Shown here in pieces: positions 1 through 8,479 of a stretch of 28,903 nt of DNA. Under the pieces are notes generated by a model, which worked only from the letters and a program-made list of their open reading frames with translations, was not told where the DNA came from and did no database searches. The stretch is from Bacteroidales bacterium (GTDB lineage Bacteria > Bacteroidota > Bacteroidia > Bacteroidales > UBA10428), in NCBI GenBank assembly GCA_003508755.1, contig DNTK01000284.1:1-28903 (forward strand), written 5' to 3'. Position numbers and translations under genes: made by a program. Each line of letters starts with the position of its first letter. The first letter of the stretch is position 1.

Positions 1-958
1 GCATAAAATCTGCGAGCACAATTGCAGTAGCTGCTTCAACAATTACGGGTGCCCTGAGGGCTACACACAAATCATGTCGTCCTTCTACTTTGAGGGTATC
101 AACCTGTCCGGTTTTAACATTTAAAGTTTTTTGTTCTTTGCTAATACTCGAAGTGGGCTTAATTGCAATGCGAAATACCAGCTCATTCCCATTGGAGATA
201 CCTCCGTTTATTCCGCCGGCGTGGTTAGTTTCTGTTTTACCATCGATAGAGAGAATGTTGTCATTATGATCACTCCCCTTCATTCTGGCCGCCTGAAAGC
301 CCGAACCAAACTCAACCCCCTTAACAGCAGGTATTGAAAACATCATATGCGATAAAACCGATTCGAGAGAATCAAAAAATGGCTCGCCCAATCCAACCGG
401 AAGGTTCTGAGCACGGCATTCAATAATTCCTCCGATTGAGTTCTGCTCCTCCACTGCCTTGTCAATAGCTGCTTCAATGTCGGAATTACCTCCAGCCTCT
501 AATAACTTCGCATCGATATTTATTGGACTAATAAGCTTTTTAGCAATCACTCCTGCACCGACGAGTCCGAGCGTTAAGCGTGCTGAAAAATGTCCTCCAC
601 CTCGGTAGTCTTCAAATCCTCCAAATTTTTTTGAGGCAACAAAATCAGCATGTCCGGGTCGAGGCATTTCTCGTAATTTATCATAATCTTTAGAGCGTGT
701 ATTGGTATTTTCGAACTGAATGGCCAGCGGTGCTCCGGTGGTATGGTCATTAAAAACACCATTGGTTAGTTTTGGTAAATCGGCCTCTTTCCTGGGTGTG
801 GTGCCTTTTGCCCCTGCACGTCGTCGCGATAAATCAGCACTAAAATCGCTGAAGGCAAGTGGCAAACCCGCCGGCACACCATCGATAATAATGCCCACTC
901 CGGGGCCATGCGATTCGCCAAAAATACTCACTCGAAATATTTTTCCAAAGGTGTTCAT
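1..958 (-). CDS. aroC: Chorismate synthase (3' end runs off window)
   Basis: Missing from the ORF track because it is truncated. Manual translation from the ATG at 958 gives MNTFGKIFRVSIFGESHGPGVGIIIDGVPAG...PRPGHAD...YRGGGHFSAR, the chorismate synthase signatures. The ATG overlaps the aroD stop (TAATG). Confidence 0.96.
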   Translation of the reverse strand, partial: MNTFGKIFRVSIFGESHGPGVGIIIDGVPAGLPLAFSDFSADLSRRRAGAKGTTPRKEADLPKLTNGVFNDHTTGAPLAIQFENTNTRSKDYDKLREMPRPGHADFVASKKFGGFEDYRGGGHFSARLTLGLVGAGVIAKKLISPINIDAKLLEAGGNSDIEAAIDKAVEEQNSIGGIIECRAQNLPVGLGEPFFDSLESVLSHMMFSIPAVKGVEFGSGFQAARMKGSDHNDNILSIDGKTETNHAGGINGGISNGNELVFRIAIKPTSSISKEQKTLNVKTGQVDTLKVEGRHDLCVALRAPVIVEAATAIVLADFM

Positions 959-1608
959 TATTCGTTCAGTGTTTCATTAATGGTATCTACCAGTTCTTTC
1001 ATTTTTGAATAAGTGATTTGGCCCGGTGCAGTTTCTGCGCCACCATCTTCGGCTGCAAAAGTAAACTCTGCACCCAATAATGGAGCTACAATACGTGACA
1101 CTTTTCCTGCTGCTCCCATTCCCAGGGCAACCATGGGCTTATTGACAGAATAGAGAGATATTAGCCGTGCATTGTCCTCAAAGAAATTCACTTTTGTTGC
1201 AATTTTTGCCACATCAGCCCCCTTGTGGTAACATTCGTCAGCAATATCAAACAACTTTCGCATTCCCGGGGTTTCGGTAAAATTATGGTAAGAAATTATT
1301 ACCCGGCAATTGTTGCTTTTGGCTACTTCGATGAGCGCTTTTCTCTGATCTTCGCTGGCATCCAATTCTATATCTACATAGTTTGCTCCCGCTTCGATGG
1401 CCCGTCTTAGTTTAAAGTATTGCTCCTTTTCTGTCATATTATCGGGCCTGCAGGTGGCAATAAAATTGGCGTTTTCCTGACCGAAAACTACATCAATTGC
1501 TTCGTCGTCATACTCAGTTAAATCGAGTCGTATTTCGGCCATTTCTACCCCAGGAAGTATGGCAATGGCTTTTCTGTAATCTTTATCTGAAATCGCTACG
1601 CAAATCAT
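958..1608 (-). CDS. aroD: Type I 3-dehydroquinate dehydratase
   Basis: Motifs EIRLD, ISYHNF, ADVAKIA and ETAPGQ. Start placed at ATG 1608 (the track starts at the in-frame TTG 1611). Overlaps the aroB 3' end. Confidence 0.93.
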   Translation of the reverse strand: MICVAISDKDYRKAIAILPGVEMAEIRLDLTEYDDEAIDVVFGQENANFIATCRPDNMTEKEQYFKLRRAIEAGANYVDIELDASEDQRKALIEVAKSNNCRVIISYHNFTETPGMRKLFDIADECYHKGADVAKIATKVNFFEDNARLISLYSVNKPMVALGMGAAGKVSRIVAPLLGAEFTFAAEDGGAETAPGQITYSKMKELVDTINETLNE

Positions 1609-2626
1609 CAATTAATTGTTCAAGTTGTGAATAAGGTATTTTTTTTGTCACTGCCTCTCCAATGCCTTCAAGAAGTACAAGGTGAATTTCTTCGCCTTCA
1701 CGTTTTTTATCTTTTTTCATGGCATTAAAAAGCAAGGCAATATCGGTATTAGGCACAACCGGTAAATCGTATTGTAAAAGCACATTGCGAATGCGATCGG
1801 TATCTGCTGAACTTATCAATCCCAATTTCTCCGATACTTTAGCTGCAAGCACCATTCCTATGCTTACAGTCTGGCCGTGTAGTATTCCAGTTAGTTTTTC
1901 AATGGCATGGCCAAAAGTATGCCCCAGGTTAAGCAGCCTGCGCTCACCACGTTCACGTTCATCGGCCTCAACTACTTTTGCTTTCACTTCTACCGAATCG
2001 TAAATCATCTTAATCAGTGTACTGCTGTCATGCATTAATGCTGAATTGGCATTATTCTCGCAATAGGCAAACAGTTCTGCACTTTTTATTACGCCTGCCT
2101 TAATAATTTCTGAAAATCCAGCTTTAAACTGCTTTTCGTCAAGCGTTTTTAGCATGCCAGTATCGCAAAGAACAAATTCCGGTTGGCTAAAAACGCCAAT
2201 CATATTCTTGTAGCCCTGGAAATTAACTCCATTCTTTCCTCCCACACTGGCATCTACCTGCGAAAGTAAAGTGGTGGAAACAAAACCAAAAGGCATACCA
2301 CGCATAAAAGTTGAAGCTACAAATCCTGCAACATCACAAACTATTCCACCACCAATGGCCAGCAAAAATGTAGTTCTATCGGCTTCATAGTCGATCAATT
2401 TATCATAGATCTTCTCGAGAGTCAGCAGTGTTTTGTTGGTTTCTCCGAGTCCCATTTCAATTACCGGAACTTTTGATGGGAATCTTTTCCTGTATAGGCC
2501 TGCCACATAAGTATCGGTAAGTATAATGGTTTTTCTTCCCTTGAGATAGTTAGGAAGGTTCTCCATGCTCTCACCAATAAGTATTTTTGAAATATTCGAC
2601 TCAGCCTTTACCTCAAGTAATTTCAT
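1583..2626 (-). CDS. aroB: 3-dehydroquinate synthase
   Basis: Motifs AIGGGIVCDVAGFVAS, TTLLSQVDASVGGKNG, LNLGHTFGHAIE and DKK. Start is ATG 2626 or 2632; 2626 preferred because a promoter box abuts 2632. Confidence 0.96.
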   Translation of the reverse strand: MKLLEVKAESNISKILIGESMENLPNYLKGRKTIILTDTYVAGLYRKRFPSKVPVIEMGLGETNKTLLTLEKIYDKLIDYEADRTTFLLAIGGGIVCDVAGFVASTFMRGMPFGFVSTTLLSQVDASVGGKNGVNFQGYKNMIGVFSQPEFVLCDTGMLKTLDEKQFKAGFSEIIKAGVIKSAELFAYCENNANSALMHDSSTLIKMIYDSVEVKAKVVEADERERGERRLLNLGHTFGHAIEKLTGILHGQTVSIGMVLAAKVSEKLGLISSADTDRIRNVLLQYDLPVVPNTDIALLFNAMKKDKKREGEEIHLVLLEGIGEAVTKKIPYSQLEQLIDDLRSDFR

Positions 2627-2633
2627 ATTCATG

Positions 2634-2641
2634 CAAAGGTA
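2634..2641 (-). promoter_or_regulatory. Bacteroidota housekeeping -7 box (TACCTTTG), internal promoter for aroB-aroD-aroC
   Basis: Exact TAnnTTTG match in the short gap between the DAHPS/CM stop (2648) and aroB. Confidence 0.6.
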
Positions 2642-2647
2642 GAAAAA

Positions 2648-3733
2648 CTACTCATTCATTACTTTTTCCTGACGATTAATCGATTCCTGGTGAATGGCAC
2701 GAAGCACTTTAAGAATAAACTCTTCGCTCAGACCTTTACCGGTAGCTTTTTTAGTCCGCTCCTGTAGCAGTTCATCCCAGCGACCCGATTGCAGAATGGT
2801 TAAGTTGTTTTCCTTTTTATAACGACCTATTTTCTCGGCAACCTCCATACGACTGGCCAATATCTGTAAAAGTTGTGTGTCGTACTTATCTATTTCATGA
2901 CGCAATTCGTCCAGGGTATGCAAAGTCATAGTATTTTCGACATTCGGATTCCTAAGTACTAATCTATCAAGCAATTCCTTTAAAGCATTGGGAGTTAGCT
3001 GCTGTGCAGCATCGCTAATAGCTTTCTCGGGATTATTATGTGTTTCGATAATTAACCCTTCAAAGTTTAAGTCCATTCCCTTTTGGGAAATTTCAAAAAG
3101 GAGATCTCGATTCCCACAAATGTGACTCGGGTCAACAATAATAGGTAATTCAGGAATACGACGCTTGAGCTCAATAGGAATCTGCCATTGAGGTGCATTG
3201 CGATAAAAGCTTTTATCATAGCTGGAAAATCCCCGGTGAATGGCTGCCAGTTTTTTTATTCCAGCCTGGTTAATTCTTTCCAGTGCTCCAATCCAAAGTT
3301 CCACATCCGGATTTATAGGATTTTTGACCAGAACAGGTATGTCTGTACCTTCCAGGGCATCGGCGATTTCCTGAACAGCAAAAGGATTTGCTGTTGTACG
3401 AGCACCAATCCAAAGTATATCAACTCCGTATTTCAAAGCCTTAAATACATGGTTTGAGTTGGCTACTTCGGTAGCCGTAAGCATGCCCAGCTCAGCTTGT
3501 ACACGCTTTAACCAGTGGAGACCTTCCTTACCAACTCCCTCAAAGGTGTTAGGGCGTGTACGGGGTTTCCAAATACCCGCACGGAAAACATTCACGCCCA
3601 GGTTTTTAATCTTTTCTGCGGTATCCATTACCTGTTCTTCAGTTTCGGCACTGCAGGGGCCAGCCATTACCAGGGGGCGTTCATCGCTTACCCCGGGAAG
3701 TTTGAAGGGTTCAAGTTCTAATTTTACGCTCAT
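2648..3733 (-). CDS. Bifunctional DAHP synthase (type I-beta) / C-terminal chorismate mutase
   Basis: N-terminal AGPCSAE, RAGIWKPRTRP, IGART, KNP and DPSH motifs. C-terminal AroQ-like LDELRHEIDKYD...R...IGRYK. Start placed at ATG 3733; the track's longer start overlaps pheA. Confidence 0.93.
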   Translation of the reverse strand: MSVKLELEPFKLPGVSDERPLVMAGPCSAETEEQVMDTAEKIKNLGVNVFRAGIWKPRTRPNTFEGVGKEGLHWLKRVQAELGMLTATEVANSNHVFKALKYGVDILWIGARTTANPFAVQEIADALEGTDIPVLVKNPINPDVELWIGALERINQAGIKKLAAIHRGFSSYDKSFYRNAPQWQIPIELKRRIPELPIIVDPSHICGNRDLLFEISQKGMDLNFEGLIIETHNNPEKAISDAAQQLTPNALKELLDRLVLRNPNVENTMTLHTLDELRHEIDKYDTQLLQILASRMEVAEKIGRYKKENNLTILQSGRWDELLQERTKKATGKGLSEEFILKVLRAIHQESINRQEKVMNE

Positions 3734-3755
3734 ATCGTTTGTTTTTATTTTGTTT

Positions 3756-4616
3756 CTAATCCAATAGTTTAATACCCGAATAGTACTCACCCAGGATGTG
3801 CACATCAGAGGTAAAGGGCTTAATCGCTTTCAAAGCATGTTTGTACTGCTCGTAATCATTAACTTCCAAATCTACGTAGAATTGGTATTCCCAATCTTTC
3901 CCAATAATCGGCATAGACTGAATTTTAGTAAGATTAATTTCATGAAAACTGAAAATGGATAATATCTTTGAAAGGCTTCCATACTGGTGTGAAACCGCAA
4001 AGCTAATGGAGACTTTGTTAATATCCGAATCATGAAATGATCCTCCATTGCGGTCTTGCAGAATTAAAAAGCGTGTATAATTTTTCTTATTGGTTTCAAT
4101 TTCCTCTGCTACAATATCCAGTTTGTATTTTTTTGCAGCCAAATCACTTGCGATGGCAGCGATTCCTGTTAACTTTTCATCGGCAATCTTTTTAGCGCTC
4201 AAGGCTGTATCCAAGCTGTCCACGAGTTTTACTTCCGGATAATTGTCGAAAAAGTTCTGACACTGAAGAATTGCCATAGGGTGAGAAAACACCTCGCTAA
4301 TATCTGCCATGGTTTGCCCGGGAAGCGCAACCAGATTTTGCTTAATACGAAGGTATATTTCGCCTATTACCTTCATGTTTGATTCGAGTAAGAGGTTGTA
4401 GTTAGGCAATATACTGCCAGCCAAAGAGTTTTCGATAGCAGTAATACCAAAATCCACCAGACCATCCTTCAAGGCTTTAAACAAATCCTTAAAAGTGTTT
4501 CGAGGCACTATTTCAATGTTTTCATCACCGAAGTACTTAATGGCTGCTATTTCGTGGAAAGCACCGTACCCTCCCTGAATAGCAATTCGTTTTGTTTTTG
4601 AAATAGTGTCTGTCAT
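3756..4616 (-). CDS. pheA: Prephenate dehydratase with C-terminal ACT domain
   Basis: IAIQGGYGAFH, ENSLAGS, SHPMAILQC, NYTRF and ACT-like GSL..LSIFSFHEINLTKIQSMP. Confidence 0.94.
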   Translation of the reverse strand: MTDTISKTKRIAIQGGYGAFHEIAAIKYFGDENIEIVPRNTFKDLFKALKDGLVDFGITAIENSLAGSILPNYNLLLESNMKVIGEIYLRIKQNLVALPGQTMADISEVFSHPMAILQCQNFFDNYPEVKLVDSLDTALSAKKIADEKLTGIAAIASDLAAKKYKLDIVAEEIETNKKNYTRFLILQDRNGGSFHDSDINKVSISFAVSHQYGSLSKILSIFSFHEINLTKIQSMPIIGKDWEYQFYVDLEVNDYEQYKHALKAIKPFTSDVHILGEYYSGIKLLD

Positions 4617-4626
4617 AATTTTTTAT

Positions 4627-4658
4627 AAAAAAAAAAGTCCCGATTTTTTCGGGACTTT
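4627..4658 (-). terminator. Attenuator intrinsic terminator upstream of pheA
   Basis: Minus strand reads AAAGTCCCGA-AAAAA-TCGGGACTTT and continues into a T10 run that ends about 10 nt before the pheA ATG. Confidence 0.9.
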
Positions 4659-4696
4659 AAGCGTTAATATTTTAATTACCTATACTAAAAGCCCCT

Positions 4697-4756
4697 TCAT
4701 CTTTCGTTAAAAAAGAAATAAAAGAAGAAAAAGCTATATGCATGGTTTATAATCAT
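4697..4756 (-). CDS. Phe/Tyr-rich attenuator leader peptide MIINHAYSFFFFYFFFNER (19 aa)
   Basis: Manual translation: ATG at 4756, TGA at 4699-4697, 7 Phe and 2 Tyr within 10 consecutive codons. Lies between a -7 box and the terminator ahead of pheA. Confidence 0.88.
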   Translation of the reverse strand: MIINHAYSFFFFYFFFNER

Positions 4757-4778
4757 CGTTTTCTGTACTTTTCGAGAG

Positions 4779-4786
4779 CAAATATA
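4779..4786 (-). promoter_or_regulatory. -7 box (TATATTTG) of the leader-pheA operon
   Basis: Exact TAnnTTTG match 22 nt upstream of the leader ATG. Confidence 0.75.
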
Positions 4787-4850
4787 TAATCTTTTTTCAT
4801 ACGAAATGCATTTTCATGCATTTTTTTATGATTTTTGTCACATCTAATGT

Positions 4851-5483
4851 TTACTGGTTTATGTCGGATGTGGCTGCATTTTTCAGACTATCAAGATAGG
4901 CTTTAAATTCTTGTTCAGCGTTAACGATTGCCCTTGCTGTTTTCCTTTCTATAATTGCCGGAGCCATTGATTGTGTTTGTTGCTTTATATTATCTGAGGC
5001 AAACTGACGAAATTCATCACTCCTGATTTCTTCTTTAATCTGAATTTCCATATTCTTTGTGTAAGTTGAAGTAATTGAATCCAGTTTTTCTTCTAATTGT
5101 TGCACGTATTTATCCAGTTGTTCCAGCTGTTCGTGATGCAGCCTTGTAAGCTGATTTTTTGATTGATTAGCCATAGAAATTGCTGTAATAACGATAACTG
5201 TAATAACCAAAACTACAGCAGTAATTGAAATGAAGATTATCCGTCCGACACTTTTCCTGTAGCGTTGATTAAATTCATCAATCAATGTGCGTTCAAAGGA
5301 ATCTATCTCATCAAACGCTTCGTTCTTTAGACTGCCGATGCTTTTGCCCAGTTTCTTATCTACTCTTTTTGTAACCAGTTTTGAAATATCCTTTTTCACA
5401 TCCTTCCTGATGTCTTTTTCTATATCGTTTTTTAACGCTTTTTCAGCTTTTTTTCTACCAAGAAGTCTTATTTTCTTCTTCAT
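4851..5483 (-). CDS. Hypothetical single-pass membrane protein with Lys-rich N-terminus and coiled-coil C-terminus
   Basis: 210-aa ORF with its own -7 box, one hydrophobic segment (aa ~82-104) and a Q/E/L-rich helical tail. Confidence 0.75.
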   Translation of the reverse strand: MKKKIRLLGRKKAEKALKNDIEKDIRKDVKKDISKLVTKRVDKKLGKSIGSLKNEAFDEIDSFERTLIDEFNQRYRKSVGRIIFISITAVVLVITVIVITAISMANQSKNQLTRLHHEQLEQLDKYVQQLEEKLDSITSTYTKNMEIQIKEEIRSDEFRQFASDNIKQQTQSMAPAIIERKTARAIVNAEQEFKAYLDSLKNAATSDINQ

Positions 5484-5518
5484 AATCTTAACCTTTTCTA
5501 AAATACATAATAAGGATG

Positions 5519-5526
5519 CAAAGGTA
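5519..5526 (-). promoter_or_regulatory. -7 box (TACCTTTG) for the 4851..5483 gene
   Basis: Exact TAnnTTTG match 35 nt upstream of the ATG. Confidence 0.65.
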
Positions 5527-5619
5527 AATATAATATTAATTTAATGTTAATTTTATGTTACCTTATTGTAAGGTAAATGCTTATAGCCTTGATATTCTGA
5601 TGTTTAGAAATTCCTGGTA

Positions 5620-7485
5620 TTACTCATCCAGCTTCTCAGCCAATTCGAACCACCTTAACTCTTTAAGCTCTATTTCCGAAAGTAGTTCTCCGATTTGTTT
5701 GGAGGCATCGATTATCTGATCGTTCGATAGTTCACCTGAATTTAATTGATCTTCCAATTGTGATTTCTGAGTAGTTAATCCCTCAATTTCTTTTTCAAGC
5801 TGCTCATATTCTAATCGCTCGCTATAGGTAAGCTTATTTTGAGATTTTTGAGGCTTCGATATCTTGGGCTTTAAGCCCTCTTTTATTTTCCCGGCAGTTT
5901 TCTTCTGTTTTTCTGACCATTCGATATATTGCGTATAGTTGCCCGGATAATCCTTAACCATTCCTGTTCCGTTGAAAACAAAAACATGGTCTACCAATTC
6001 ATCAAGAAAATAGCGGTCGTGAGAAACTATTAAAACGCATCCTGAAAAATCCTGAAGGTATTCTTCCAGCACTTCGAGGGTGGCGATATCCAAGTCGTTG
6101 GTGGGTTCATCAAGAATTAAAAAATTCGGGCTTTGCATCAACACTGAGCAGAGGTATAAGCGTCTTTTTTCGCCCCCGCTGAGCTTATAAATATAATCGT
6201 ACTGTCGTGCCGGAGGAAATAAAAAGTGATTTAAAAACTGTGATGCAGTGATGATCGTACCATCTGATAGTTTTACAGTTTCTGCTATTTCGGTCAAGGC
6301 ATCGAGCACTTTCATTTTTTCATCGAAATGCAGGCCGTCTTGCCTGTAATATCCAAACTTTATAGTTTCGCCGGTTTCTATAGCCCCAGCAGCAGGTGTT
6401 AGTTTTTGTGTAACAATATCGAGAAATGTTGACTTCCCTGAGCCATTTGCACCCAGTATACCAATTTTCTCATAAGGATTAAAGGTATAAGAAAAATCTT
6501 TCAGATAGCAGTCACCATCCCAAAAGAAATCTAAATGCTTTGCAACCAGAATTTTCTTTCCGAGGCGCTTTCCACCCACATTAATTTTTACCTTTTCTTC
6601 ATTTCTCTTTTGGGCAGCCTTATCCTTTAATTGATAAAAATTCTCCATTCGGTACTTTGCTTTGGTACCGCGGGCTTTTGGCATGCGCCGCATCCATTCT
6701 GTCTCTTTCCGCAGCAGATTTTCAGCTTTAGAAACCTCCGCCATTTGTTGCTCAATGCGTTCGGCCCTCTTGCGCAGAAAATAAGAGTAATTACCCTTAT
6801 ATCGATAGATTTTCTGAAGGTCAATTTCGATGATATCGTTACATACCCGATCAAGAAAATAGCGGTCATGCGTAACCATTAAAAGTGTAACTTTTGATCG
6901 TTGCAAGTAATCTTCCAACCAGGTAATCGCATGCACATCGAGATGGTTGGTAGGCTCATCAAGTATGATAAAGTCTGGCTCATCTATTAACATTGCGGCC
7001 AAGGCAATGCGTTTTTTCTGACCGCCTGATAATTCGTTGATTTTTTGCTGAAAGTTGCTTATTCCAAGTTGAGAAAGCAACTGTTGTATTCTGCTCTCAT
7101 AATCCCATAGCTTTTCATTATCGATGCAAACCGACAATTCTTCAATCTTTTTTATGTTATTTTTCTCAACAGCTACCTCATACTCTTTTATCAAATCAAG
7201 AGAGGGATTATTAACATCAAAAATGGCTTCCAGAATCGATTTTGAAGCATCTAATTGTGGTTCCTGGGTTAAATAGCCAATCTTTTTTCCGGGTAAAAAT
7301 CTGTAAGCACCTGAATCATGTGATTCCTCACCAGCAAGAATATTTAACAGGGTAGTCTTTCCTGTACCATTTGCAGCAATTAATCCAGTTTTATCTCCCT
7401 CCTCAATCGAAAATGACACCTGTTTGAGTAACTGCAAATCCCCGATTGATTTCGATACTCCCTCAACTTCCAATATTGCTGGCAT
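5620..7485 (-). CDS. ABC-F family ATP-binding protein (Uup-like)
   Basis: Two ABC cassettes (NGTGKT/LSGGQ/LDEPTNHL and NGSGKS/LSGGE/LDEPTNDL), linker EWMRRMPKARGTKAK, C-terminal coiled coil, no TM segments. Confidence 0.92.
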   Translation of the reverse strand: MPAILEVEGVSKSIGDLQLLKQVSFSIEEGDKTGLIAANGTGKTTLLNILAGEESHDSGAYRFLPGKKIGYLTQEPQLDASKSILEAIFDVNNPSLDLIKEYEVAVEKNNIKKIEELSVCIDNEKLWDYESRIQQLLSQLGISNFQQKINELSGGQKKRIALAAMLIDEPDFIILDEPTNHLDVHAITWLEDYLQRSKVTLLMVTHDRYFLDRVCNDIIEIDLQKIYRYKGNYSYFLRKRAERIEQQMAEVSKAENLLRKETEWMRRMPKARGTKAKYRMENFYQLKDKAAQKRNEEKVKINVGGKRLGKKILVAKHLDFFWDGDCYLKDFSYTFNPYEKIGILGANGSGKSTFLDIVTQKLTPAAGAIETGETIKFGYYRQDGLHFDEKMKVLDALTEIAETVKLSDGTIITASQFLNHFLFPPARQYDYIYKLSGGEKRRLYLCSVLMQSPNFLILDEPTNDLDIATLEVLEEYLQDFSGCVLIVSHDRYFLDELVDHVFVFNGTGMVKDYPGNYTQYIEWSEKQKKTAGKIKEGLKPKISKPQKSQNKLTYSERLEYEQLEKEIEGLTTQKSQLEDQLNSGELSNDQIIDASKQIGELLSEIELKELRWFELAEKLDE

Positions 7486-7745
7486 AATGAATTACATTTG
7501 GCGTAAAGGTACTATTATAGTGCTAAAGGGCATATGGACACGAGGGCAAAAGTTAAACTAAAGCTATCATGAATAAAATTTAGCTTGTAATTAGTTACCT
7601 ATCGAACATAACCATCGTCAAGGAATCTTAATTAGAACGAATATTCTTTGGCACTTTTGTATCTCCGCAGTTGGGTTCAACAAATTTGAACAATATCTTT
7701 AGGTTTCAATTATTAACTTTATCTTTTCATTATTGCAATTATAAC

Positions 7746-8402
7746 ATGACAAAAAAAGAACGCTTCGAATTTCTGATTAACTATTTTACTGAAGCTATGC
7801 CTGTTGCAGAAACAGAGCTTGATTACACAGACCCATATGAATTAATTGTAGCTGTTATTTTGTCCGCGCAATGCACCGATAAACGTGTTAATATCATTAC
7901 CCCCCCTCTGTTTGAAGCTTATCCGTCGGTATATGATATGGCCAAAGCCACCCCGGAAGATATATTTGAATACATAAGAAGTTGTTCTTATCCCAACAAT
8001 AAAGCCAAACACCTGGCAGGTATGGCACAAATGCTCGTCGAAGAATTTAAGGGTGAGGTACCGGCAGACATTACTGAATTACAAAAGTTACCCGGTGTAG
8101 GACGCAAAACGGCCAATGTAATAGCCTCGGTAATATATAACATGCCTGCTCTGGCGGTCGATACGCATGTATTCCGGGTTTCTGCCCGAATTGGTTTAAC
8201 AACCCATGCGAAAACACCCCTGCAAACAGAGCAGCAGCTAGTTAAATATATACCTGATGACCTAATACCCAAAGCACACCACTGGCTCATTTTGCATGGA
8301 CGATACACCTGCATTGCTCGAAACCCCAAATGCGGGAAATGCGGTTTGAAAGAAATTTGCAAGCATTATACGAAACTGAAAAAACAATCAAGTGTTGATT
8401 AA
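7746..8402 (+). CDS. nth: Endonuclease III
   Basis: LSAQCTDKRVN, HhH motif LPGVGRKTANV, VDTHV and 4Fe-4S motif C-x6-C-x2-C-x5-C. Start placed at ATG 7746. Confidence 0.97.
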   Translation: MTKKERFEFLINYFTEAMPVAETELDYTDPYELIVAVILSAQCTDKRVNIITPPLFEAYPSVYDMAKATPEDIFEYIRSCSYPNNKAKHLAGMAQMLVEEFKGEVPADITELQKLPGVGRKTANVIASVIYNMPALAVDTHVFRVSARIGLTTHAKTPLQTEQQLVKYIPDDLIPKAHHWLILHGRYTCIARNPKCGKCGLKEICKHYTKLKKQSSVD

Positions 8403-8439
8403 TAAAGGGGTTTAGGTTTTTCTAAGAAACCTATAATAT

Positions 8440-8447
8440 TAACTTTG
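8440..8447 (+). promoter_or_regulatory. -7 box (TAACTTTG) for the 8480 gene and possibly the downstream cluster
   Basis: Exact TAnnTTTG match 32 nt upstream of ATG 8480. Confidence 0.65.
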
Positions 8448-8479
8448 TACTAATTACAATTAAGCTGTCTGCAGTGAGA

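Noticed and set aside
3734-3805. N-terminal extensions in the track for DAHPS/CM (to 3805), and likewise nth (7671), the hypothetical (21630) and TetR (22384)
   Set aside because: The extensions overlap neighbouring genes or regulatory DNA and precede the family-typical N-termini.
4804-4823. AAATGCAT-N4-ATGCATTT hairpin upstream of the leader promoter
   Set aside because: Low stability, and the T-run is on the wrong strand to terminate the 4851..5483 gene.
5558-5576. TTACCTTA-TTG-TAAGGTAA inverted repeat between the ABC-F gene and the hypothetical gene
   Set aside because: Weak AT-rich stem without a U-tract; terminator, operator and chance cannot be distinguished.
7675-7691. GTTCAA-N5-TTGAAC palindrome upstream of nth as a possible damage-response operator
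   Set aside because: Short AT-rich arms, not seen upstream of uvrA, and not matching a LexA box I can name for this phylum.
8413-8433. TAGGTTT-N7-AAACCTA after nth
   Set aside because: 7-bp weak stem with no following U-tract; not supportable as a terminator.
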